Positions 18,524 through 28,442 of a stretch of DNA of 64,000 bases are shown piece by piece (the stretch's first letter is position 1; each line of letters starts with the position of its first letter). Both the position numbers and the translations under genes were made by a program. Source of the stretch: an uncultured Candidatus Saccharibacteria bacterium (GTDB lineage Bacteria; Patescibacteriota; Minisyncoccia; Phycocordibacterales; Phycocordibacteraceae); the NCBI GenBank assembly GCA_964398815.1, contig CAYNNZ010000001.1:53071-117070 (forward strand), in the 5' to 3' direction. Below the pieces are notes generated by a model. The model was not told where the DNA came from. It did not search any database and was given only the letters and a program-made list of their open reading frames with translations.

Positions 18524-19498
18524 CTAGAAGCCGAATATATTAAAGGTCTTATTCGCACCGAACGCGATAGGTATCTGCATCGAAATATTCTGGTGCGTAT
18601 CACTTTGGCTGGCGGTGAGTGCGAGAATCGCATTCCCCTTCCCGGTGCCGGTCGTGCGTACGGTCACATCCTGATCGTTACTTGCCGACTGACCGCTCAC
18701 CGTCCAGGCAAGCGAAGGATTCTTTCCGAAGAAGTACCCGACAGCCCGGAACGCATCCTCCTGCGCGGTCATTGCGTATGTTCCCGATATGGCGTGGTCG
18801 AAATCAGGGCCCATGAGCGCGTCATTGTGGTAGATGCGCGCAACGGGATCGACTGGCGATACAGTCGTCGCAGACTGCGCAATAATGGTGGAGTCGGCGT
18901 TCGAGACGGTCACGGAAATCTGAGCATCGCGATACCGCATTGGGGCTGTGGCTATAAGTACGGAACGGCCTATCCCAGACTCAGCAGTAAGTATTCGGTC
19001 ACCCACCTTCCACGTATACACGAGCGCGCTCGCTGGAATACGAGCCGTTGGAGCGCTACGTAAGTCGGGTATAGCGATTATGCGCACCCTGCCCGTAACC
19101 GCAGTGAGCGAAGCGCCAGGATAGAGCGGATGGGTTGTAGATACGGGTTCTGAAATGAGCGCCACGTCAGCTGGGCGAAGAATGAGTTGCTTGGTGTACG
19201 TTTTTCCGTCCACCACCGCGGAAACGGAGATGGTCGTCCTTCCGCCCGGCCCCGCGACTGTTACCGGGATGCTCTGTGCGCCACTCCCCTTCACCACCAC
19301 CTTACCGTCGACCGAAACCGTCACGACGCTTCTGATAAGGTCGATACTCGAACTATCGGGCGTGACTGTAATGGTCTGATAGGGGCGCGGGTCCGTCGGA
19401 GAGATGACGATATTTACGTCTCCGTTCGAGAACTGGGCATGCACAGGCAAAGCAGTGAGGAGAAAAAGGACCGGTAAGAGAAATACGTACCGCTTCAT
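18524..19498 (-). CDS. secreted hypothetical protein (T4SS-like operon)
   Basis: Signal peptide MKRYVFLLPVLFLLTALPVHA. Repetitive Thr/Val-rich sequence, likely Ig-like beta domains. Tightly packed in the operon. Confidence 0.5.
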   Translation of the reverse strand: MKRYVFLLPVLFLLTALPVHAQFSNGDVNIVISPTDPRPYQTITVTPDSSSIDLIRSVVTVSVDGKVVVKGSGAQSIPVTVAGPGGRTTISVSAVVDGKTYTKQLILRPADVALISEPVSTTHPLYPGASLTAVTGRVRIIAIPDLRSAPTARIPASALVYTWKVGDRILTAESGIGRSVLIATAPMRYRDAQISVTVSNADSTIIAQSATTVSPVDPVARIYHNDALMGPDFDHAISGTYAMTAQEDAFRAVGYFFGKNPSLAWTVSGQSASNDQDVTVRTTGTGKGNAILALTASQSDTHQNISMQIPIAFGANKTFNIFGF

Positions 19499-19546
19499 TA
19501 CTGTGTAGTATACCGCCTCGAACTCTCCGAAAAACCACCCCTGGGG

Positions 19547-20500
19547 CTATTTCGCGATGTATTTCATGATGCCCGCCTCGTTCATCTGATCGAATGCGTA
19601 ATTAATGAGCTTCACCACCTTCGTCTCGCGGTAATGGGTCATAAGCACGAGGATGGTGGTCGCGGGTATTATTTTCCCGAATGGAATAATTTCGACAATC
19701 ACCTCGAAGAGGAAGCGCTTCCAGAACCACGTAATGATGAACTTCTTCCACCACCAACCCCCCATTTTATTGAATGACCAGACCGTAATAACGAGGTTTA
19801 TGAATACCGCGAGTATCGAAGTGATAATTACCCCAACGAGAGTGAAGTCAGCGAAGTCGATAGCATCCTTCAAAACCGCGAAGGAGACCATAATTATCGG
19901 AAAGTGTGGGAGCGGAGGGTTTTCCTCAACGGCTTTTTTTAATGTCTCCTCGTCAAATGACTCGCCCTGCTTATGAAACTCTTCGTCGATGGTGTCGAAT
20001 GTCTTGCGAACTGCTCCTCCAATGATATGTAGTGCCTGTTCATTTGAAGTAATGGTGTGACCTGCGAGTGGGTCAGTTCCTAAATTCCGCGACTCCGGGT
20101 CCTGTTGCGTTTTCTTCTGGCTCTGGGTTGGTGCACTACGCAGACGTTCGCGAGAAGCGCGCAAATCAACCACATTGTCCGCCTGTCTCGACGCTGACCG
20201 TGAGCCTACAGTCGCGGCGCGCTCAGCTGCCTGTTTTTCCTCCATGCGCCCAGCCACTTTGCCGGCGGCAAGTCCGGCTTTTTCAACTTCACCCACTCCA
20301 GACAGGTCGAGTGCGAGATTTCCTGCACCGAGCGCTGCTCTGCCGAGGCGTTCCCTGCCCGTAAGTGCGCGGCCGTCTAGGGTCCTGCCGCGAATGCCCT
20401 CAGCGATTTGTTTGCCACCTCCGACGAACGGCACAAGGTCAGCGCCCTCGCTCACCGCTTTTGGAACTTCTCCTTGCGGCTGTCGTGCGGGCTCAGCCAT
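19547..20500 (-). CDS. hypothetical membrane protein (T4SS-like operon)
   Basis: Ala/Gly/Arg-rich N-terminal region. The C-terminal third has TM helices and a Trp-rich segment (FNKMGGWWWKKFIITWFWKRF). The true start is uncertain. Confidence 0.45.
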   Translation of the reverse strand: MAEPARQPQGEVPKAVSEGADLVPFVGGGKQIAEGIRGRTLDGRALTGRERLGRAALGAGNLALDLSGVGEVEKAGLAAGKVAGRMEEKQAAERAATVGSRSASRQADNVVDLRASRERLRSAPTQSQKKTQQDPESRNLGTDPLAGHTITSNEQALHIIGGAVRKTFDTIDEEFHKQGESFDEETLKKAVEENPPLPHFPIIMVSFAVLKDAIDFADFTLVGVIITSILAVFINLVITVWSFNKMGGWWWKKFIITWFWKRFLFEVIVEIIPFGKIIPATTILVLMTHYRETKVVKLINYAFDQMNEAGIMKYIAK

Positions 20501-20503
20501 AGG

Positions 20504-22330
20504 CTAGGAGGCACCCGCAGTGTCACTCAATCGGTCCTTCTCGCGCTTTATCGCGAGAAGTTGAGATGGGTCGGAGGTAATAATCTGGTCCTCGGTGTAG
20601 GACGCAACGATTTTAATAGCGACATGCTTGAGACCAGCAAAGAAGAGTCCCTCACCTACTCCCGACTCGAGCAACAAGTATTTCTCCTGCTCAGTGAGAT
20701 TAAACGTGTCTTTAAGTACGTCGATGGTAGTTGGTGATTGCTTCAAGAGAAGCTGAATAGAAGAGTTCGTAAGAATAGGACGGCCATAAGGTGACTTCAA
20801 GAAGTCTTCAACGTCCTGTGTGATGGTGGCAAGCCCGAGGAAGTATTTGCGTCCGCGTTTTGCAAGCGAATAGAGGAAGGATGCGGTGTCTTCGCTCTTC
20901 ATCATCCACCATGCCTCGTCGATGACGAGCAAGCGTTTTTTGAGCTCGTGTCGCACCGCATTCCATATGTAATGCGTGATGATATACATCGCCACCGGCT
21001 TGAGTTCGTCCTCCATGTCGCGTACGGAAAAGACAATGAATTGCTTATCTATATCAATGTTCGTGGGTCGATTGATGAATCCGGCCCACGTGCCGTGGGT
21101 GTATTTAGAAAGACGCTGCAGGAGCGATTCGCTTCCCTCCATGCCACCGAGCACCTGTTCGAAGTCCGAGAGGAGCGGTGGTTCCATGCCGGTGAAATCA
21201 CGATCACCCGTAATGTCTTTGAGCGCATAGGTTTCGGTGACGGCGCGGTCGATGATTGCGTCCTCTTCCGGCGATAGGCCGCCAAGCATAATACGGAAGA
21301 GCCCGACGAGATTAATGATGTTACTGCGCAGAATATCGCCCGGCTCCTCGTCCTCCTTCACTGGCGGCAAATCGAATGGATTGATGTGGTGCTCGCTCGA
21401 AAGTGAGATGTTGAAGGTACGTCCCCCAGTCGCGTTCGCGAGATATTCGTACTCCTGCTCTGGATCGATGACGATGACGTCCGTGTCGAACATCAATGAA
21501 CGCAGAATTTCCAACTTAACCGCATAGGATTTACCGGAACCTGACTTTGCGAAGACGACCGAGTTGTAGTTCTCGAGCGAGAAACGGTCGAAAAGAATGA
21601 GTGAGGCGTTGTGGCGGTTTATGCCGAATAGAATGCCGCGGTCGCTCGTAAGGTCGAACGATACGAACGGAAAAAGCGAAGAAAGTGGCCCAGAATTAAG
21701 CTTGCTATTAACCGACAGTTCGTCGATAGCGAGCGGAAGTGTTGAGCGGAAGCCCTGTTCCTGCTGGAAGAGTGCCGGCTTGGTGTATACCAACTTTGCA
21801 TCGAGCAGTCCGCGCACTTCCCCTTCCGCCTTATCGAGCTCTTCTTTGGAGTTTGCGTAGAGCGTCAGGTAGAGCCCCACATCAAAGAGTTTTTCTTCTG
21901 CCTGCTGGAGCCGGTCACGCAGGTTTTCGAGGTCCTGATATGCGGTATCGAGAAGTGGGTCACGCACGAGGCCCTTGGTTTCCCTATCGGATATCTGACT
22001 CTGTACCTCAGCGACTTTGCGCTGGAAGTTGCGGAGTGCCTGCCCCGTCTCGATGGGGTGGATGAAAATAGCGATATCGAGTTGGCGCGCGAGGTTTACT
22101 ACCTGCATGAACCACCCATCCGTGAGGAAGCGCGGATAGGAAATGGTATAGAACGAGCGAGAGAATTTTTCCCCGAGCTCAATCTCCTTCGCGCTCACTT
22201 TGAGCGCTGCGGGCGCGATAGCATCCGCAAGGTCGAGCGCACCCTGCTTATAGATGTCGCTTGGAAGCACCGGAGTAATCTCCGGTAGTTCGTTTTTCTT
22301 CTTTCGTGCAAGGAAATCGAGTAATGCCAT
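20504..22330 (-). CDS. virB4: VirB4/TrbE/CagE-family type IV secretion ATPase (C-terminal 608 aa, including the ATPase domain)
   Basis: Walker A FAKSGSGKSY and Walker B LLVIDEAWWM. Overall VirB4 architecture. It lacks the N-terminal domain, which is encoded by the ORF immediately upstream. Confidence 0.85.
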   Translation of the reverse strand: MALLDFLARKKKNELPEITPVLPSDIYKQGALDLADAIAPAALKVSAKEIELGEKFSRSFYTISYPRFLTDGWFMQVVNLARQLDIAIFIHPIETGQALRNFQRKVAEVQSQISDRETKGLVRDPLLDTAYQDLENLRDRLQQAEEKLFDVGLYLTLYANSKEELDKAEGEVRGLLDAKLVYTKPALFQQEQGFRSTLPLAIDELSVNSKLNSGPLSSLFPFVSFDLTSDRGILFGINRHNASLILFDRFSLENYNSVVFAKSGSGKSYAVKLEILRSLMFDTDVIVIDPEQEYEYLANATGGRTFNISLSSEHHINPFDLPPVKEDEEPGDILRSNIINLVGLFRIMLGGLSPEEDAIIDRAVTETYALKDITGDRDFTGMEPPLLSDFEQVLGGMEGSESLLQRLSKYTHGTWAGFINRPTNIDIDKQFIVFSVRDMEDELKPVAMYIITHYIWNAVRHELKKRLLVIDEAWWMMKSEDTASFLYSLAKRGRKYFLGLATITQDVEDFLKSPYGRPILTNSSIQLLLKQSPTTIDVLKDTFNLTEQEKYLLLESGVGEGLFFAGLKHVAIKIVASYTEDQIITSDPSQLLAIKREKDRLSDTAGAS

Positions 22331-22335
22331 AGGTG

Positions 22336-22995
22336 TTATGCGGTTGGCTGTCCTACCCCTCCCCCGTCGAGACGGATGGGGCTTTCCATTTCGCCCACAT
22401 TAAAGGAGCGATACAGAAGTTCGATGAGTTCTTCTGTCGAAAGTGGCACAGCGCGAATGCCGGCAGCATTCAATCCCGCCGCAACAAGCGACATGCGCTG
22501 CTCCAACTGCACACGGTCCTCTTCGAATGTGTCCGCGCCGCCCTCTGGTCGCTGCGCAGGTCGTTTCCTTCCTGGAATTGGAAGGGAATCTGCAACCTTA
22601 AGGCCAAGCGCCGGAGTGTACGGAACCACGACGTAGAACAATTTCGACATGATTTCCGTGGTGTCCATGAATCCGCGGATGAACTGTATGTACTCGCGTA
22701 ACTGAATGCGCATCAATTCTGACTGCTGCGCGTCCAGTCGCTGTTCGAGAAGCGCGAGATAGGGACGAATGTCCATTTTGCGAGAGTGCACCACGATTTC
22801 AACAGAGAAATCGAGCGTATTGAGGAAGGACTGGAAGCCGCCAATGATTGCTGCCTGCTCATCTTCGGACTTGAGGGCGAAGTTCATGGAAGAGCACATC
22901 ATGATGCCGCGATACCCATCATCCTTGAGGATAACTACGCCGTTTCGTACCTCCTTTACCGGAACAAAGGCCTGGGTTGCTTTAGTGTCAGCCAT
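22336..22995 (-). CDS. virB4: VirB4 N-terminal domain encoded as a separate ORF (split gene or frameshift)
   Basis: VPVKEVRNGVVILKDDGYRGIMMCSSMNFALKSEDEQAAIIGGFQSFLNTLDFSVEIVVHSRKMD matches the conserved N-terminal region of Gram-positive-type VirB4 proteins. Only 5 nt separate it from the ATPase ORF. A C4TC5 run at 22357-22366 lies where both frames are open. Confidence 0.6.
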   Translation of the reverse strand: MADTKATQAFVPVKEVRNGVVILKDDGYRGIMMCSSMNFALKSEDEQAAIIGGFQSFLNTLDFSVEIVVHSRKMDIRPYLALLEQRLDAQQSELMRIQLREYIQFIRGFMDTTEIMSKLFYVVVPYTPALGLKVADSLPIPGRKRPAQRPEGGADTFEEDRVQLEQRMSLVAAGLNAAGIRAVPLSTEELIELLYRSFNVGEMESPIRLDGGGVGQPTA

Positions 22996-22996
22996 A

Positions 22997-23416
22997 TTAT
23001 GGGGCCGCTGGCGGCTGATTCTGGTCTTTTATATCGAGCGAAAGTGCCAAATCATGGAGCTTTCCCTGATTCATCGTAAGTTTCTGACGCACTTCTACGG
23101 CCTCTGGCGCTGGGGCGGCTGCCTCAGCCTTAGGCTGCTCTTTTTTCCAGAGATAGAGGCGGCCTTTCGTGTAGTAGTTAAATCCTGCTTCGAGCACTTC
23201 GATGAATGGCTTACTGTTTATTTTAAGAAACGCGAGAGAGCCCGCGAGCGCGGCGACGGGGGCAATGAGAATGAGCGCCAGAAACAGCGGCTTCACATAG
23301 AGAAAGAGAACAACGGACAATCCAACACCGCCACCAATATAGATGAATTGCTTCAGGGTAAACGGACCGAATATCCTATCTTCAACTTCGATGAATTGCG
23401 GTACCTGGTATTCCAT
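22997..23416 (-). CDS. PrgI/VirB3-like small membrane protein
   Basis: MEYQVPQFIEVEDRIFGPFTLKQFIYIGGGVGLSVVLFLYV plus a second TM helix. This matches the PrgI-family pattern usually encoded just upstream of virB4. Recalled family signature, not searched. Confidence 0.5.
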   Translation of the reverse strand: MEYQVPQFIEVEDRIFGPFTLKQFIYIGGGVGLSVVLFLYVKPLFLALILIAPVAALAGSLAFLKINSKPFIEVLEAGFNYYTKGRLYLWKKEQPKAEAAAPAPEAVEVRQKLTMNQGKLHDLALSLDIKDQNQPPAAP

Positions 23417-23446
23417 CACTACCAGTATACCCGACGTGCACACGCG

Positions 23447-24241
23447 CTATTCAACAGGTTCGCGATACGGGTCGACGCTATATGACTTCACTACGGGTGC
23501 ACCAGGAAGATTAGCTGGAGGTGGCGGCATAGGACGCACGGGAGCAATCTGCGGGGGTGGTGCAGGCGGCATAGGTGGAGGAGTAACCACCTGTGGAGGT
23601 GCAGCCGGCACTATCGGAGGGGTGGTGTGCGCGACTGAGATTGGCTCGGGCATGCGATGTTCCCGCACCGCCTCAATGTCGGTGGCCATGGTGCGCATCT
23701 GAGGGTGGTACTCCCCTGCTGGTATTGCTGGCGCCGGTGTAGGTGGAGGTGTTGGAACGACCGGTGCGGGCGGCGGTACAACGGAAACTGGTGCGGGTGC
23801 GGGAACTGCCGTAGGTGTAGGAGGAGTCAGTGGCTCTTCGGTGGCTACTGAGCTAATGGTAGTGGGCTGATAGGTTTCAACTAAATCACGTCGAGCCTCA
23901 ACTATTTCCTCTGCCGAATCTTCATCTTCCTCCTTAAAATTTCGCACCCGTTCACGAACAGGGATAAATATCTCCTCATTCAGGCTCGCCAAAATCTTCT
24001 TGGCAGTTTCGGAATCTATACCCGCCATTACTAGCTCGCCGAGCGTTTCAGCAGGGCTTTGTAAACCCATAAGCATGTAGGTTGCGGACTTCGAAAGCGT
24101 CCCACTTACATCGACATGAAGATTGTTGCGTGCAGCGATGCCGCCAAGCGTACGAGCCAAGTCATCCTCAAGAAGATACGCTCGAATCGGCTTCGGAAGC
24201 CCATTAAACGCGGCAGTATATTGCTGATTGGAGATTTCCAT
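23447..24241 (-). CDS. proline-rich hypothetical protein (T4SS-like operon)
   Basis: Structured N-terminal approximately 110 aa, followed by long PxP repeats (PPTPTAVPAPAPVSVVPPPAPVVPTPPPTPAP...). Native-like codon usage. Confidence 0.45.
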   Translation of the reverse strand: MEISNQQYTAAFNGLPKPIRAYLLEDDLARTLGGIAARNNLHVDVSGTLSKSATYMLMGLQSPAETLGELVMAGIDSETAKKILASLNEEIFIPVRERVRNFKEEDEDSAEEIVEARRDLVETYQPTTISSVATEEPLTPPTPTAVPAPAPVSVVPPPAPVVPTPPPTPAPAIPAGEYHPQMRTMATDIEAVREHRMPEPISVAHTTPPIVPAAPPQVVTPPPMPPAPPPQIAPVRPMPPPPANLPGAPVVKSYSVDPYREPVE

Positions 24242-24244
24242 ACT

Positions 24245-26959
24245 CTATTTATGCCAGTAGGTGTCGGCAACTCCGCTCTTTGCAAACCACGCATTGATGC
24301 TTGCGCTATTCGGATGTTTTGCGTCGCGGACTGCCGCTGCCACCTTACGGATATCTTCGTCATCGAATTTAGATTCACGCTGGAGTTCCGTCAGGTCAGC
24401 AACGGTAAATGAGGCAATAACGGTCGGGTGTAGGAGCGCGGTCGACGAGAGCTTAGCCTTATTTTTAGAATTGAGGGTGGTTGCGAAGCGCTTAATTTTT
24501 TCGTCCTCTTCAATAGCGGCTGCCATGTCTCCTGCAGCCAAGAGACGGTTATAGTCGCCAACTGCAGCCTCAACCTGACCCTTACGGCTGTGGGTGTAGA
24601 CCAGGTCTCGCTGATTTTTCGTAAGTGAACTATTTTTCCCAAGGAATTCATTTTGATCGCTAGAAATAATGCTTTCGCCATTCTTTGGATCTGTTTTCTT
24701 AAGCAGCTGCTCGAAGGTAACGGCGTCGTACTTAGCAAGCATCTCCAGTTCTTTGTTGTTGAGGCCACGAACTGTATCCTTACCAGCGCTGTACTCGCCA
24801 GCAACCGCCGCCTTAATACCGTCAAACCGCGCCCCCGAAATGTCCTTTTTCTGGACCGCGTTCAACTTGTCGCTCTCCATAAGCTTCTGGAACTGATCAG
24901 GCGATAGGTTGTTTATAAGAGCGCCAACTCCGTGCTGGATATCGTGCATTGCCGCAAGTTCGTCAGTGGAAAGACCTGCCAAGAATCGCTGGTTTTCAGG
25001 AGAAAGCTCAATAACTTTTCCTGTCTTCGGGTCGATCTTCCCTGCTTCGATGTCCTTAACCTGTTTCTTAAGGTCGATAAGTGCAACTTCCTTATTATAT
25101 TGAGCATCGTTCTTCTGCATCTTGTCGTGAACATCATGTATCTGGTGCTGCATATCGCCCAGCGTTGCGTGTTCAGCAGGACCACCCGCGACCTTACTGA
25201 TGGCGCCCATACCAGGTACGGCCCAGTTACGGATATCCGTATTCGCGTTCTCAATTGGCCGTAACATATTGTTCGTGACAAAACGTGTGATGCCTAAGTT
25301 CCCTACCGGAGACCTCTGAAGTGAGGTGCGAGCCACGCGTGCCGCACCATTCGTTACGGTATTCGATACGCGCGCCATGCCGCCGAAGACAACAGCACCC
25401 GCCATCTTTGTCGCCGCGGAAGAGCCGATTGCACTCATGTCCTTTGCGGTCTGGGTAGCTGCAAGCAAGAAGCCGACCATGAGGATGAACATTACAACAA
25501 TGCTGACATTACTAATGCCACCACTTGAAATTGCGCTTGCGAGCGTTGTGGTTTCCGAACCGAGCGACACGCGCATCCCGTCAACGAATTTCACTGCGAC
25601 GAGCACCATCAATATGTAGACCGGAGCGTAGAATGCCTGCTTCAAAAGCTGGTCCCACCACATCTTTGCGAACTTATGTAGTATCGGCACTGCCATTCCA
25701 GCGAACCCAATCGGAGACACTGCCATGAGGAAAGCGAGTGTGACTGCGCGAATTGAAAGCATGATGGTCGCAGCAAGCAGAACCATCGCGAGGGTTGCTA
25801 CGAATATGGTCAGCCCAATCATAATGAGCGCATTCTGAACATTTGAATCAGTAAAAACAGTTATGCCATCCGCAGGATTGAAGATGGTAGTGATGCCCGT
25901 AATCTGCATGATGGCCCCCGCGATGCCACTTTCTGTCGCGCACCTATATAGGTCTGAGGCGTCCGTACAGAGTCCGTTCCCAGCCTGGCGGTAGAGCGTG
26001 CTTCCGAGGGCGTTACTAGTATCTATGATTGCCTCCGCAGCGAAGAGGCTGAAGTTCATTAAAATCGCGAAGATAATGAGCGTCGGCAGTGCACGTTTGG
26101 CAGTAAATTCATTGCCGGGCAGGTTCAGGATGGTGCTGATACCCATGAAAATAAATCCGAAGAGAAGGAGGATGTTCCCTATGTCGCGAAGAATGCCCCA
26201 TGCGGCAAGCATGCCGGGGTTATTTCCGATGAGGTTTCCGAACTGAAAGACTGTGATGTAGATGGTCCAGTTGAAAATGATGCCCACGAGGCCGAGGAAG
26301 AACGCAGCAAGCCAGAGGAAGAAGAGCGCCACTCGCTTAACGACTTCGTAGACCAGGTCCCCGACACAGGGCCAGATGTTGCCCGGAATATTACATTGCG
26401 AGTGCGCCTCAGCGACCGCTGCGGCAGCGGTTTGAGTTTCACTAACTTGTGCTTGGGCCGCGGCCGCATTATTTACATCAGCCGAGCCTGAGGCGACAGG
26501 TGCGTTTGCGTTAGTAGTTACATTATTACCGGTCGTCGCTTGGCTCGTAGCGGCCGTTTGAGGCACGGTGCGTGGGTAGCCTGTAGTGGTGACGTTCGCT
26601 CGCGTACTGGTATTGAGAATTCTCTCGGTCTGTGTTGGCGGATTGGCATCAGAGTCGAAATTAACGTAAAGACTTGTTCCGTCAGTGTACTGAATTTCGC
26701 ACGTACCATTCTCTTCTCTTGCATTAGCCTCGGTTGATGACATCTGCACCGCTGTTCCCTCAGTTATGACGGTGTACCAGCAATGAATGCCATTACTTTT
26801 AGGAGTTTTCCCCGCAGGCGTTTGGAATGCTGCGAGCGCTGTGTGTGGTGTGAAGAATGAAACAACAAGAACGAGAGCCCCAAGAAGGAGTGTCTTCTTC
26901 ACCGGGTCTTTCCAGACAAACGTCATGGCCTTAGGTGCCGCACTGAGCTTGAGCAGCAA
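24245..26959 (-). CDS. VirB6/TrbL-like polytopic membrane protein with an approximately 480-aa C-terminal hydrophilic extension
   Basis: 904 aa. N-terminal secreted region, then a central block of at least 6 TM helices (FFLWLAAFFLGLVGIIF..., LLLFGFIFMGISTIL..., IMIGLTIFVATLAMVLLAATIML..., YAPVYILMVLVAVKF...). The C-terminal charged domain is long. The VirB6 assignment is by topology and context only. Confidence 0.55.
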   Translation of the reverse strand: MLLKLSAAPKAMTFVWKDPVKKTLLLGALVLVVSFFTPHTALAAFQTPAGKTPKSNGIHCWYTVITEGTAVQMSSTEANAREENGTCEIQYTDGTSLYVNFDSDANPPTQTERILNTSTRANVTTTGYPRTVPQTAATSQATTGNNVTTNANAPVASGSADVNNAAAAQAQVSETQTAAAAVAEAHSQCNIPGNIWPCVGDLVYEVVKRVALFFLWLAAFFLGLVGIIFNWTIYITVFQFGNLIGNNPGMLAAWGILRDIGNILLLFGFIFMGISTILNLPGNEFTAKRALPTLIIFAILMNFSLFAAEAIIDTSNALGSTLYRQAGNGLCTDASDLYRCATESGIAGAIMQITGITTIFNPADGITVFTDSNVQNALIMIGLTIFVATLAMVLLAATIMLSIRAVTLAFLMAVSPIGFAGMAVPILHKFAKMWWDQLLKQAFYAPVYILMVLVAVKFVDGMRVSLGSETTTLASAISSGGISNVSIVVMFILMVGFLLAATQTAKDMSAIGSSAATKMAGAVVFGGMARVSNTVTNGAARVARTSLQRSPVGNLGITRFVTNNMLRPIENANTDIRNWAVPGMGAISKVAGGPAEHATLGDMQHQIHDVHDKMQKNDAQYNKEVALIDLKKQVKDIEAGKIDPKTGKVIELSPENQRFLAGLSTDELAAMHDIQHGVGALINNLSPDQFQKLMESDKLNAVQKKDISGARFDGIKAAVAGEYSAGKDTVRGLNNKELEMLAKYDAVTFEQLLKKTDPKNGESIISSDQNEFLGKNSSLTKNQRDLVYTHSRKGQVEAAVGDYNRLLAAGDMAAAIEEDEKIKRFATTLNSKNKAKLSSTALLHPTVIASFTVADLTELQRESKFDDEDIRKVAAAVRDAKHPNSASINAWFAKSGVADTYWHK

Positions 26960-28442
26960 GCTGATTCATTTGCATGACGATGGTCGTGCCGTTTGTGGAC
27001 GTCGGTTGCGCTTGGGCTTCTGCGTAGAGCAAATCGCTTGGCGTTGGCCTCGTGTTTGCCCTGAGGAACGCGTCGTAACTAGTATTCGCCTGCCCTATTG
27101 CAGCTGCCTGAGCGCTCGCTGAAAGTGTGGCCGAATTGATTATTGTTGTTCGAATCGTATCGAGGGCTGCAATTTGTTGAGGTGTTGAACCAATCACCTG
27201 CGCTGCCTGAGCAAGTATTGGGTTGATTTGCGTGGAGATAATCGTGGCCGAATTCGGCGTGCAGGTAGAGTTCTGCAGCGCACCCTTTGCAGCCTGCGCC
27301 GCTGCGTTTATAGCCTGCCAGTTCGCGTAGTATGACTGAAGCGCGTTCAGTTTTTCACTAATAACTCCTGCGGACGTGCCGGCGAGTGCGATGCCGGAAG
27401 AGGCCTGTGTAGTGCTCTGAGTGTCCGGCTGGGTGAAATAATCTCGTCCGCCGGTCGCAGTGGAGCCGCGCGAAAGCCCGGCAAGCCCGGTTGCTCCGAC
27501 CACCTGCTGCATAAGCTGGCCCATGAGTGCGTTCACGAGTTCGTTGATTTCATCGGCTTGCACGAGTTCATCAGTCCCAAGCCCGAGCGAGTGGTTTATC
27601 TGCCCGGCAAGCACCGACCCCGGAGTTTCGATGTGGCTTGCGAGACAGGTCTGATGCGGTGTGAGATCAATGTTAACGGTGCCGTCAGACCCCGTCGTAG
27701 TATTACCGCTTCCTTCGAATGTGGTAGAAGTGAGGTCACATCTGCGCCACGAGAAGAACCCGCCACCATTCGCAACCTCCTCATGAAGTTGTGCGCCTAC
27801 CGCAGCGACGCGTCTATCTAATTCCGATTGGAGCAACTGCCGTGCGCCCAAATAATTATTCTGCGGATTAAGAACGGCTTCGGTCCATGCTCGAAGACCT
27901 CCCTGCCTAATGTCTCCTCGTGAAAATGCTGCTGGATCGTCGCTCACCCGATTCAAGGTGTACGGATTACGGATGAAGAAACTATCTGCGTTAGTTCCGA
28001 TGTAGTAAGCGCGGAGTACCGACTGAGCGATTTCATTTTGGAATGGGGACTCGATTTCAAGATTATTTTCCAGTTGATTAAAGAAGTCATTCGTCGCTTG
28101 ATCCGCTGCGTCTTGAATAGTGGCCCGTAGGTCAGTTGCGAAGGCAGGTGAGCCCTGGAAGCCAGTGTTTATCCAATTCACGGTGCTTCGGACAATGGAC
28201 TGTATGGCAATCCGGCCGATAGCCACCGCTGCACCGTCCAGCGTGAACTCCTTTATGTTGAGGGCGTTGCTGAGCGACTGAATCGCTGCGGTCGACACGG
28301 AAGTGATAATCGCTCGTGCGACTTGGATAGGACTATCGTAGTCAGCGGCCTGTACCGGTCTCGGGGCAATTGAGAAAACGATGGCAAAAGCCACCACCAG
28401 CGCAGCGATCTTCTTTACAAATGCGGGGCGGGAGGAGTTCAT
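26931..28442 (-). CDS. secreted hypothetical protein (T4SS-like operon)
   Basis: Signal peptide MNSSRPAFVKKIAALVVAFAIVFSIAPRPVQA. 503 aa, Ala/Gln/Thr-rich. No recognisable domain. Confidence 0.5.
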   Translation of the reverse strand: MNSSRPAFVKKIAALVVAFAIVFSIAPRPVQAADYDSPIQVARAIITSVSTAAIQSLSNALNIKEFTLDGAAVAIGRIAIQSIVRSTVNWINTGFQGSPAFATDLRATIQDAADQATNDFFNQLENNLEIESPFQNEIAQSVLRAYYIGTNADSFFIRNPYTLNRVSDDPAAFSRGDIRQGGLRAWTEAVLNPQNNYLGARQLLQSELDRRVAAVGAQLHEEVANGGGFFSWRRCDLTSTTFEGSGNTTTGSDGTVNIDLTPHQTCLASHIETPGSVLAGQINHSLGLGTDELVQADEINELVNALMGQLMQQVVGATGLAGLSRGSTATGGRDYFTQPDTQSTTQASSGIALAGTSAGVISEKLNALQSYYANWQAINAAAQAAKGALQNSTCTPNSATIISTQINPILAQAAQVIGSTPQQIAALDTIRTTIINSATLSASAQAAAIGQANTSYDAFLRANTRPTPSDLLYAEAQAQPTSTNGTTIVMQMNQLAAQAQCGT

